Assembly (NCBI GenBank): GCA_019057635.1
Contig: DXJL01000140.1
Location: 1-14,073, forward strand
Source: Candidatus Heimdallarchaeota archaeon
GTDB taxonomy: Archaea > Asgardarchaeota > Heimdallarchaeia > Hodarchaeales > Hodarchaeaceae
Direction: 5' to 3'
Length of the DNA: 14,073 nucleotides
Of this stretch, positions 1-8,424 are shown in pieces (within the stretch, counting starts at the first letter, position 1; each line of letters opens with the position of its first letter). The notes below the pieces were generated by a model that saw nothing but the letters and a program-made list of their open reading frames with translations, did not search any database and was not told the DNA's origin. The position numbers and the translations under genes are program-made.

Positions 1-1
1 A

Positions 2-199
2 AAAATCTACATTCAATTGTTCATTGGATTCATGCTTCTTTTGACACTAATACTTCTTGTTATTTCCCTATTTTTGGGACAAAACTCAGCTTCTCCTCCT
101 CCAAATTCTGATTCCGAGTTTCCTATAATTTATATTGCTCTCATGGTGTTGGCTGGACTCGCAATATTGCTTGGAGCGGTTATTCGTATGTGGAGATGA
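2..199 (+). CDS. 3' end of a membrane protein, probably truncated by the window edge
   Basis: The frame is open from position 2 (KIYIQL) into the listed TTG ORF. It has two hydrophobic segments joined by a Pro/Ser linker and ends at TGA 197-199. Confidence 0.6.
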   Translation, partial: KIYIQLFIGFMLLLTLILLVISLFLGQNSASPPPNSDSEFPIIYIALMVLAGLAILLGAVIRMWR

Positions 200-324
200 A
201 TAATTGGATCGGAATGGAGAATTGGAGCTTATCTCATGAGTAGCTCTTTACCCATTGCTTCGTAGTAAGTTACGAAAGATATTAGAAAAAAGGTTGGAAA
301 AAAGGATCTAATTTTTGATTTGTA

Positions 325-1011
325 TTAAATCCATCCTAGAATACCAACAAATAGAATGATAGCGATAATATTAACAGCGTAAATCACTATCAATGTGATA
401 ATTTGATTTTTCCGCTCTTTCATATCATATACCCAAAAAGATACAACCATAAAATGAAGATAACCAAATATTATGATAGGAATTACTCCTAGCAGACTAG
501 CTTTCCAGAAATCGTAAACCCAAAGTAAAGCGCCTGCATCATTAAGAATTACTTCTACAAATACACAGAAGATTGAGTTTCCGACTGCTAATGCCCAGCG
601 ATTAGGAATCTTTAGCGGAATCTTAAGTGGAGTGAGATCAAATTTGAAATTCTTGTCTTCAGGGAGCATTTTTGTGAATCCAATACCAGCCATCGCAAAC
701 ATCATACTGATCTCTATATTTAAACCTACAAATATGAGAAAGCCTGTTTCTCCACTACACGTCCAGAATGCCTGATAATCAGTGAAATACAATACTAGGG
801 CATTCCAGATTTCATTAAACCAATCCATACCCCAAAAAGCAAGTCCTGCAAATACTCTGTTCCAATTTTTTTTCTCAATCTCTACTGCATACATGTAGAT
901 AACGATCGCAAATAAAGGAATGATGAACCATTTGAAATCCTCGGGCCATACGCGTAAAATCGCTAGTGCGGCTTCTGAATCAGGTGTAGGAGTCATTTGT
1001 TGTTTCACCAT
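325..1011 (-). CDS. Conserved hypothetical multi-pass membrane protein
   Basis: 228 aa with about 6 hydrophobic helices and polar intramembrane motifs (GMDWFNEIWN, GLNIEI, FVEVILN). A TATA-like box lies upstream. Confidence 0.85.
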   Translation of the reverse strand: MVKQQMTPTPDSEAALAILRVWPEDFKWFIIPLFAIVIYMYAVEIEKKNWNRVFAGLAFWGMDWFNEIWNALVLYFTDYQAFWTCSGETGFLIFVGLNIEISMMFAMAGIGFTKMLPEDKNFKFDLTPLKIPLKIPNRWALAVGNSIFCVFVEVILNDAGALLWVYDFWKASLLGVIPIIIFGYLHFMVVSFWVYDMKERKNQIITLIVIYAVNIIAIILFVGILGWI

Positions 1012-1049
1012 CTATATGAAATTATTTGGAATGATTTAGTTAGTATTCG

Positions 1050-1060
1050 TATAAATCTTT
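1050..1060 (-). promoter_or_regulatory. Putative archaeal BRE/TATA box for the 325..1011 gene
   Basis: The minus strand reads AAAGA-TTTATA (1060-1050), about 40 nt upstream of the ATG at 1011. Confidence 0.45.
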
Positions 1061-1178
1061 GGTAAAAAGGTCTTATTTCCGAAGGTATCATAGAATCATT
1101 TTCCTTTCCGTGAAAAGTAAGATTATTAGATAAAGAGGGAAATAGTGGATAATGATAGAGGCGAGTTAAGAGAGGAAA

Positions 1179-2066
1179 ATGGCCACCCCAAAAATTAGCT
1201 TTGATGAAGCAATAATACGATTAGATTCCAAAGATTACCCTGATGAAACAGTAATTGACATAGAATTTGAGTGTCAAGCTACTGAAAGTTGTTCCGAAGA
1301 AGTCACCTATGGCGTTGCACCATATCGTCAGATTGCAGTCACAGATAACCAACAATCTGCAACAAGAATGTTATTAGTCTGGGTAAATCCAGCGAATCAC
1401 CACAATGTCAATGCAGTTATCAAATTTAGTAAAGGGGATAAATTATTAATCAAGAACCCCATTGTTCCAAAAGAAGGGAGTTATGCAAGAGATCAATGGG
1501 GAAATCGTGTATTTTGGGTTGGTAATCCACTAGGAGAATCGAATCAACCAAATACCGAGCTAATCCTTCTTGCAAGTGTCAAAGAGACATGTTCTGTATG
1601 TAGACACCTAATTAAGGAGGAAGAAGACCGAATTTATTGTCCTACCTGTCATAATCCTTTCCACCTTCCTCACTTTGCTGAATCATTGAAAGTTACGGGA
1701 AAATGCCCAATATGCGCTGCTAAAAGTTCTTTAAGCGAAATCATAGATAATAATGTCACAGAATCTTTTGATTTTTCAAAAATTCTTACTCTAAAAAAAT
1801 TTCCATTCATCAGAAGAACCTCACAATTTTATCTAAAAGATAATCCAGAATCAGGGAATTACGGTGTATTCCTGCTCCAAGATCAAGAGGAATCAAACCA
1901 AGGAACTTATTTGGAAAATATCTGTGAATATATTAATACTCGCACAGGCGCTCAAGCAGAGACCGCTACCAGAGTTGGTCAAACTTTTATAATAATTCCT
2001 TATCAAGATACGATCACATTAGATATTTTGGAAAAATTACTCCTTCAACTCGAACAATCGGAGTAA
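1179..2066 (+). CDS. RING-type zinc-finger protein with a putative N-terminal OB-fold and an unknown C-terminal domain
   Basis: aa 138-179 read C-x2-C-x12-C-x2-C-x4-H-x2-H-x10-CPIC. The N-terminal stretch RQIAVTD...MLLVW...FSKGDKLLIKNP resembles RPA/SSB OB-fold strands. GAGG lies just before the ATG. Confidence 0.8.
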   Translation: MATPKISFDEAIIRLDSKDYPDETVIDIEFECQATESCSEEVTYGVAPYRQIAVTDNQQSATRMLLVWVNPANHHNVNAVIKFSKGDKLLIKNPIVPKEGSYARDQWGNRVFWVGNPLGESNQPNTELILLASVKETCSVCRHLIKEEEDRIYCPTCHNPFHLPHFAESLKVTGKCPICAAKSSLSEIIDNNVTESFDFSKILTLKKFPFIRRTSQFYLKDNPESGNYGVFLLQDQEESNQGTYLENICEYINTRTGAQAETATRVGQTFIIIPYQDTITLDILEKLLLQLEQSE

Positions 2067-2203
2067 TCAGGGAAATAATGGAATAAAATTGGAAATAATT
2101 AATCTACCGTTAATTCTCTCTATTATCTTATTGGATAATCAGTTTTCATCTACACCTGAATTTTTTAACTTCTTAATAATATTACGGAGAACTGAGATTG
2201 ATC

Positions 2204-3400
2204 ATGGATAGCACTCAAACAACGAAGAAAAAGCCTTTCTATCTGGTCACAACCGATATCGGAATGGGATTCTCTGTTTTTCTTTTTGTAATCGGTCACA
2301 CGAGTCTGTGGTGGGATAATACTTTGGATTCTCAATGGCCCAATCTTCCACTTCCGGCATGGTTACTTTTAATTGTAGCTTTTCTAGTTCCACCAGGTTT
2401 TCTATTCTGGTACACCTTTAATACCGCAAACTCTCTTTTAAGAAGAAAAAGTGATACCGAGCGCTTGGGTAGTCGTCACAGACTTCTGAAGAGGACTATA
2501 ATCTTTTTGTTTATTGCAGAATTTGGAGAAGTGGCGACAGCAATATTTCTTGGAGAACCTGTGCTTAATTATCTATTAACCTGGGAATTATTTCATATGT
2601 TTTCCCTTTCAACAATTTTTATTTTAAGTATCTTTGAATTGGCATGGTTAACTGAAAGAAAGGGCTTTGGAAATTATAAACAAGCGGCTATGGTAGGTTT
2701 ATTATCTACTATGGCCATAGTGATAGGAATCTATCTTATTTTCCATGATTATACCCAGAGTAGATTCATGACTCATACTGTTGAACTCACTTTCCAATCA
2801 ATATTTGAAAGGATTCTTTTAGATTATGGCCAGGCTCCAATCGTCCCCTATCTTGCATTCTCAGCAGTAGGGGGATTATTGGCGGTATATCTTGATTTAC
2901 CTAATGAAGACAAGAGCAAAATTCCTCAAAAAGCCATACCTGTTTTCATTTTAGGAGCTATTTCGTTTATAATAGGAATATTATTACTGAGTGTTGAAAC
3001 GTATACATCTCCACCAGTTCAAGCACCTATTTCCTCAAATTTAGTATTTATTTCAATCGGATTCCACCTTATCTCTGTTACAGGTGGAGTGATACTATTA
3101 GATTTAGATACACTCTATGGAATACCTAAAATCAATAAAAAAATTCTTCCATTGGTTCTAATAAGTAAAATTACCTTAACAGTCTACCTATTACACAATC
3201 TAGCTTATGGCATTCCTTCTGAATCTGATTTAGTGCAAACTTTGATTCCAACTGTGGAGATATCAATGTTCGTAGGGTTATTGTATGTTTTATTATGGGT
3301 TCTAATTGCCTTTATTTGGCAAAAATCGAGATTTAAATTCAGTGTGGAATGGATCATTGTAAATTTGCAGAGAAAAAGCTGGCGTTGGTGGATAAAATAA
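2204..3400 (+). CDS. Multi-pass membrane protein, DUF1624 (HGSNAT-like acyltransferase)/DUF418-like
   Basis: About 10 TM helices. Motifs DIGMGFSVFLFVIGH (cf. DxxRG...H), LLKR, WELFH, PIVPYLAF, SKITLTVYLLH and SVEW. ATG 2204 is preferred; TTG 2198 is the alternative start. Confidence 0.7.
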   Translation: MDSTQTTKKKPFYLVTTDIGMGFSVFLFVIGHTSLWWDNTLDSQWPNLPLPAWLLLIVAFLVPPGFLFWYTFNTANSLLRRKSDTERLGSRHRLLKRTIIFLFIAEFGEVATAIFLGEPVLNYLLTWELFHMFSLSTIFILSIFELAWLTERKGFGNYKQAAMVGLLSTMAIVIGIYLIFHDYTQSRFMTHTVELTFQSIFERILLDYGQAPIVPYLAFSAVGGLLAVYLDLPNEDKSKIPQKAIPVFILGAISFIIGILLLSVETYTSPPVQAPISSNLVFISIGFHLISVTGGVILLDLDTLYGIPKINKKILPLVLISKITLTVYLLHNLAYGIPSESDLVQTLIPTVEISMFVGLLYVLLWVLIAFIWQKSRFKFSVEWIIVNLQRKSWRWWIK

Positions 3401-3523
3401 CCTTTTGGGGTAACTAAGATATTTTAACAAAGAATCTGGTTGACACTCTAAGTATATTTTCCCTTCACGATCTCGTACACGTAAACTTAAGTGAGTACTA
3501 GTCCGGTTTGGGCGTCTAACCAT
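3302..3523 (-). CDS. Small hypothetical protein (73 aa) or gene remnant
   Basis: The ATG is preceded by GGTGA (3534-3530) with a 6-nt spacer, an archaeal-type Shine-Dalgarno. However, the 3' end overlaps the convergent gene by 99 nt. Confidence 0.3.
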   Translation of the reverse strand: MVRRPNRTSTHLSLRVRDREGKIYLECQPDSLLKYLSYPKRLFYPPTPAFSLQIYNDPFHTEFKSRFLPNKGN

Positions 3524-3572
3524 AATTTTTCACCCAAAGAAGAGATTTTTATGATGTTGCAGGTGATGTGAA

Positions 3573-3728
3573 CTATAATGAATCAGCATCCAAAAACTCA
3601 TCAGCTAGCTCCTCTACCCCTAACACTTTAAATGAAGATTTTACTGTCTTCTTCACATGAGAGATTCCAAAATTAATGATATACTTAAACAAAGAATCGC
3701 TTTCGATTATTCCTTCATCAATTGACAT
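3573..3728 (-). CDS. Small acidic hypothetical protein (51 aa, not in the ORF track)
   Basis: Hand translation gives MSIDEGIIESDSLFKYIINFGISHVKKTVKSSFKVLGVEELADEFLDADSL* (ATG 3728, TAG 3575-3573). It fills an otherwise empty gap and has AT-rich upstream sequence. Confidence 0.45.
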   Translation of the reverse strand: MSIDEGIIESDSLFKYIINFGISHVKKTVKSSFKVLGVEELADEFLDADSL

Positions 3729-3852
3729 AATTCATATATTATATTATTATGGCCTTATTTGAAATGGTCTGAAACAATCTTCAGCAATTAACACCAGGTG
3801 GAGTATAGCCGAAAGGATACATAATAGGCTTGATTCAATCTTTCATAATGTT

Positions 3853-4932
3853 TTAAAGAGAATTAAGTAATTTTTCTACTTGGTACTTAGATTGTACAGA
3901 AGCTTCTCTCCAGCAGGAAACAATCTCAAGTATGTTATTGACTTCTGATTGAAAGGCATTTTCATCGATTTCTTTTAAACCAGTGGAAATCAAAGTAATC
4001 AACCCGAAAAGGTTTACAAACCTGGAAAATTTATCTGAATTATACCACAAGACATCTTGAAACCGGTTTAGATTTAAAAAATCGTGAATTTCAGGATCTG
4101 CAAGTAAAGAGCGAAGGAGCGTAGTTGCATTTGTTGACATATTACCTTGATACTTATCTTGATGTCTAACTAAGATTTTAATCAGATTGACACTCATATC
4201 AATCTCTTCATCCGAATTAGTAGACATTGGGGATAGTTGATCCCTTAGCATATGTCCGAGATGCCATTCATCAATACGAGCTCGATTTTTAATTAGATAA
4301 TCCATTTCCTCTTTATTGCTTCCTAGATCCTTTAGTAGGATCCATGCGTAAGCAATTGCAAAATCATCAATAGTTTTGGGGATTAGATTACCCATTTCGG
4401 CGGGAAACTTTGTCTTTTCCGTATATATTCTATTTAAGCTTTTCAAACACTTCAAAGTGTTACCATAAGAGGTGTGACTTAGTTGATTTTTCTCTGAAAC
4501 ACTTAGCGTGTCATTAGTATACGTAGCGACCTGGAAATAGAACTCTACATAGCCATCACGGGTATCAGTAATGATTTCAGAGAGATGACTTGGGTCTGAA
4601 ATCATGATTGCCTCGTTCAATTTAGAAATCAAAGCAGCATTATATATTGAGCGGAAGCTATCCAATAAAGGTTCATAAATAAGTTTTACTCGCGCTTCTT
4701 CAATGTTAGGAACTCCTCGTCCTCCAAGAAAATCATTCAAATGAGAATATTGTCGCCATTCGTTGTCAATGACTTCTCGAAAGTTTACAAGAGCCATTGA
4801 TTGATAACCTTTTAAGATAACATAAAACCCATTCTCAAATATCTCCACTGACCGTCTGATATACTCGAGATTTGTGAATTGATCTTTGAATATCCAAAAT
4901 TGATCTGGCTGATTTGACAGCAATAATCCCAC
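3853..4932 (-). CDS. C-terminal portion of the GH13 gene (helical domain of unknown function)
   Basis: 359-codon ORF in frame with the catalytic portion. The GTG start is probably just an internal Val codon. Confidence 0.7.
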   Translation of the reverse strand: MGLLLSNQPDQFWIFKDQFTNLEYIRRSVEIFENGFYVILKGYQSMALVNFREVIDNEWRQYSHLNDFLGGRGVPNIEEARVKLIYEPLLDSFRSIYNAALISKLNEAIMISDPSHLSEIITDTRDGYVEFYFQVATYTNDTLSVSEKNQLSHTSYGNTLKCLKSLNRIYTEKTKFPAEMGNLIPKTIDDFAIAYAWILLKDLGSNKEEMDYLIKNRARIDEWHLGHMLRDQLSPMSTNSDEEIDMSVNLIKILVRHQDKYQGNMSTNATTLLRSLLADPEIHDFLNLNRFQDVLWYNSDKFSRFVNLFGLITLISTGLKEIDENAFQSEVNNILEIVSCWREASVQSKYQVEKLLNSL

Positions 4933-5040
4933 TCCCAGTGTTTGTTGATGAAGATTGTCTGTACTCTTATCTAGCTTGGCAGAAGATGTTTTAATACATC
5001 CCGCTGTTCCACTGAATTTGTTATTATATAAAATAAGTGA

Positions 5041-7272
5041 TCATTTAGTTTCTGTTCCATTTGAATAACAGAATACATTTTCATCTACATATCCATCAGT
5101 TGTGTACAAATCATAAAGATAAAAATTATCTATATTCGAGAATAAATAACGGTTTTTGACTAATGGAAAAATGACTCTTTCATGATGCTGGAGTAATCCC
5201 TGATCGACTTCTTCCTCCCAATAAGCTTGTCGATACTCCATTCCGTATTTTTCTGCAAAACCTTCAATCATTCCATGTCCAAACATTGGTAGACCGGGTA
5301 AAGTGACTAAAAGGAGGCAAATACCAAAGTATTTCTCGCCTTTGCCAAATTGTTTAGCAGCGGTTTCTTCATCAGGGTTGTTCATAAAGTTAACAAACCG
5401 TTTTAGGATTTGTGGGTCAAATTCAAGAGTATTCTTAATAACGGAACGATATTTTGCATTATCCTCATCACGAAGCATATTCATGAAGGCTGAATTGTAG
5501 ACACGATGCATACCTAGTGTCCTTACAAAGAATCCCTCTAAGAGCCAGAAAGCTTCTGCTAATAACAAAGTATCAGGCATTTCTTGATTGATACGATCCA
5601 CCACTTCCCGCCAAAATTCTTGAGGAATGGCCTTATGAAATTCTTCTTGTGTTATCCCCATGCCTGCTCTTGAGGGAATATCACCTCCACTACCTGGGGG
5701 TGGGAACCATAAACGCTGAAAATGTTTCTTGGTTAATGTCATTGCCGCGTCGAATCGTATAATTGGGAATTTTTTAGCAACATGCAAAATAGTCTCAATA
5801 ACTGCCTCGCGTACCACTGGTAAAAGGTAATTTAACTGCGCGGTGTCGTTCCATGGCATACTTGTTCCATCATTTCCGTGATAAATGTACTTCGTTTCAT
5901 TCGTGCGGAAATCAACTCTTTTGAATGTAACTGCGGCATCTGATCGAGAAAAGTAGTGATCTTCCAGATAAATACCTAAATTTGAGTCACTTGATAAATT
6001 ATCCCCAGAGTATGAGTAGGAAGGAAATGGAGGATAGTCCAAGGAAACATACCAGTCAGGATGTTCTCTAATCCATTTGGAGTCAATTCCTGTATGATTT
6101 GGAACCATATCTGAAGCTAAACGTATTCCTTTACTTTGTGCACGTTCTTTTAGAATATCAAATGCTCTTTCTCCCCCTAAATCATCTGCTATAACATAAT
6201 CAAATAAACTATATGCAGATGCTTCTGCATCAGGATTACCGCACCAATGTTTTACAGTTTTCGATGCAGGACTTCTTTCCCAAAGGCCGATTAACCAGAG
6301 AGCGTTAAATCCCCATGTAGCTAGTTGATCTAGTTCCTCGATCGGTATTTGATCCAGATGACGGATTTCTCGATTATGTTTTTTAGATAATTGGTCTAAC
6401 CAGACGTAAGTAGTTTTAGCTAACATTACTACGTTAGGCATCCAGTCTTTATCAGGTGTATATCTTTCTTCTAGGCCTTCTCCGTAATCTATTGCTTGGG
6501 CTTCTCCAGGTCCTAGTCCTCGCATCTTTTCTTCTTCAGCAAAAAGGTCAAGGGCATATAATAATCGATAATAAGTGGTTGGATCAAGGAAGGTCCCCCA
6601 TTCTTTAGTCATATATTCCAATTGATTTTTTATGGAATAAGGGTGTTCGGAAACAGGCCTTTGAAGTAATTGGATTAGGGGTAAGTTTTCGGGACCAAAC
6701 GGTTCCTGATTAGCAAAATAACTGTCAATATTCTCTACAACTTCGAGATAGCTGGTATTTTTTTCAAGATTTACATCGTCAAAAAATTCTAAATGCTTTG
6801 AGAAAGATGGATTAGAATTATTTAACCAAACATGCACCATCTCTTCCAAAACAATTTCTCGATTGTTTTTTCCTTCGGTTGACCCCTCAAGATACGTCGC
6901 AGCATCAACTTCTCCTGAATATACATCTGGAGGAGGAAATTCTTCAATGAACGATTTCATGCCCATTTCGAGAGTATTTTCATCAATGCTACTTTTTAAT
7001 TCTGTGAATAAATTTGTATAAAGATCAGGTTCTTTCTCTTCCTCAAATTGTTTAAACAATTTGTGAGAGATTTCATTTATTAACCCTATACCATTAATTT
7101 CTGATGCGCGTACCGCAAGTTCTGGGAAATTAACTAAATCTTTTTTTCCATTAATTGAATCTACAAATAATCTAACTAAGTAAATTTCTGGAAAGGTAAT
7201 ATACCCTTCCTGAGTATTGAAGAATTCATTTGTAAAATTATACTTATTACGCGCTTTCAAAGAGATTCTCAT
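5041..7272 (-). CDS. GH13 alpha-amylase-family catalytic portion
   Basis: Conserved regions are intact: LASDMVPNH (I), IRFDAAMTL (II, Asp nucleophile), LLAEAFW (III, Glu acid/base), FMNNPDE (IV) and TLPGLPMF. Confidence 0.92.
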   Translation of the reverse strand: MRISLKARNKYNFTNEFFNTQEGYITFPEIYLVRLFVDSINGKKDLVNFPELAVRASEINGIGLINEISHKLFKQFEEEKEPDLYTNLFTELKSSIDENTLEMGMKSFIEEFPPPDVYSGEVDAATYLEGSTEGKNNREIVLEEMVHVWLNNSNPSFSKHLEFFDDVNLEKNTSYLEVVENIDSYFANQEPFGPENLPLIQLLQRPVSEHPYSIKNQLEYMTKEWGTFLDPTTYYRLLYALDLFAEEEKMRGLGPGEAQAIDYGEGLEERYTPDKDWMPNVVMLAKTTYVWLDQLSKKHNREIRHLDQIPIEELDQLATWGFNALWLIGLWERSPASKTVKHWCGNPDAEASAYSLFDYVIADDLGGERAFDILKERAQSKGIRLASDMVPNHTGIDSKWIREHPDWYVSLDYPPFPSYSYSGDNLSSDSNLGIYLEDHYFSRSDAAVTFKRVDFRTNETKYIYHGNDGTSMPWNDTAQLNYLLPVVREAVIETILHVAKKFPIIRFDAAMTLTKKHFQRLWFPPPGSGGDIPSRAGMGITQEEFHKAIPQEFWREVVDRINQEMPDTLLLAEAFWLLEGFFVRTLGMHRVYNSAFMNMLRDEDNAKYRSVIKNTLEFDPQILKRFVNFMNNPDEETAAKQFGKGEKYFGICLLLVTLPGLPMFGHGMIEGFAEKYGMEYRQAYWEEEVDQGLLQHHERVIFPLVKNRYLFSNIDNFYLYDLYTTDGYVDENVFCYSNGTETK

Positions 7273-7425
7273 CTAAAAAAGACACTTCCTCGTCAGAATG
7301 GTCAGTGGGAATACAGCTGATTAAAGATGACTAATATTCTAACTAATAAGGATTAGAATTCAGAGATTAAAATTATTATCTTCGGTATGCAAAAAGTGCC
7401 TGATTTTTCTCATTTCTATAGAGAT

Positions 7426-8232
7426 TCATTTCCTTAGTGCTTTGATAACTTGCATAAACTCTTGGACACGATCTTTATCAACGTTTTTCCAAGTATCTCC
7501 GTCAAATTTTAAGCTGGTGCCTACAATAACGCTATCAGCAACTTCTAATTGTTTTGCAATATTATCCTTTCGTGCACCTGTATTTACAATAACTGCCGCT
7601 CCTAATGAATTGTCTTTAACAATTTTCAGTTCCTTTAATTTAGCTTCCATACCAGTCATAGGGCCTGAGACACATAATGCATCAGCAATGCCCACAAAAA
7701 CAGCACCTTTGGCAATAAGTGATAAATTCCTTCTATCCAAGGGATGAGCAAATTCAGCATTGACGATACTGAAAATTTTCACATCACATGCCTCTATGGC
7801 TTTCTTATACCTCAAAGCTTCAGCTCCAGGAGCGCTGAAAAAGCCCATATCCCCAGCAAAAGCTCCGGTGAAAACACCTCTAACGTATTTTGCTTGAGTT
7901 GCTTTGGCAACAGACAAAGCAGATATTGGATCCCACATGATATCAACACCGAATGGTATGTCGATATCTGTTTTTAATTCACCAATAGCTGCTGACATAG
8001 CTGCGACAATTACTGGATCAACACCATTAGCATAAGGACGATCTCCCTCATTACAGAACAAAAGGCCATCTATTCCTCCTTCTTGCAAAGCATAGATGTC
8101 CTGTCGTGCACTAGATATAATATTCTCCATCCCTTCTTCATCATCGTATTCAGGGGTATGAGGAAGAGGTGGAAAATGAACCATTCCTATTACAGGTTTC
8201 GTAATGTTAAAAATTTCATCTAAACATTTCAT
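7426..8232 (-). CDS. BtpA/SgcQ family TIM-barrel protein
   Basis: Motifs KPVIGMVHFPPLP, GGIDGLLFCNEGDRPY, PFGVD, ADALCVSGPMTG, NTG and IVGTSLKFDG. The 268-aa length is typical of the family. Confidence 0.92.
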   Translation of the reverse strand: MKCLDEIFNITKPVIGMVHFPPLPHTPEYDDEEGMENIISSARQDIYALQEGGIDGLLFCNEGDRPYANGVDPVIVAAMSAAIGELKTDIDIPFGVDIMWDPISALSVAKATQAKYVRGVFTGAFAGDMGFFSAPGAEALRYKKAIEACDVKIFSIVNAEFAHPLDRRNLSLIAKGAVFVGIADALCVSGPMTGMEAKLKELKIVKDNSLGAAVIVNTGARKDNIAKQLEVADSVIVGTSLKFDGDTWKNVDKDRVQEFMQVIKALRK

Positions 8233-8424
8233 GATTAATCCCAGAGCGTTCCTGATATCAATTATTGCTTTTTATCGTTAATTTGCCAAATATTTTTCTA
8301 CTAATTAGCATTTTTAAGATGAATAATAAATTTTGACTAACAAAGAAATAGGAGAATAATAACTTTTATGGGTAAAATTACATATTCTTATTCAAGATAT
8401 TGTTGTGTTACGAGATGAATTAGA

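Larger units (their letters stand above)
3853..7272 (-). pseudogene. Large GH13 alpha-amylase-family gene (1139 codons) interrupted by one in-frame TGA at 5043-5041; could be a nonsense allele, a sequence error or readthrough
   Basis: ORFs 5041..7272 and 3853..4932 are in the same frame. The 108 nt between them translate without a stop (SLILYNNKFSGTAGCIKTSSAKLDKSTDNLHQQTLG). Confidence 0.8.

Noticed and set aside
197-265. Possible readthrough of TGA 197-199 (IIGSEWRIGAYLMSSSLPIAS) and an imperfect palindrome at 225-246
   Set aside because: A 21-codon extension is expected by chance and cannot be judged on a truncated gene. The palindrome is short and imperfect.
3820-3852. Eukaryote/Loki-type SECIS (ATGA...AA...GA) after the amylase stop
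   Set aside because: ATGA is present on the minus strand, but I found no complementary helix II closing on a GA pair.
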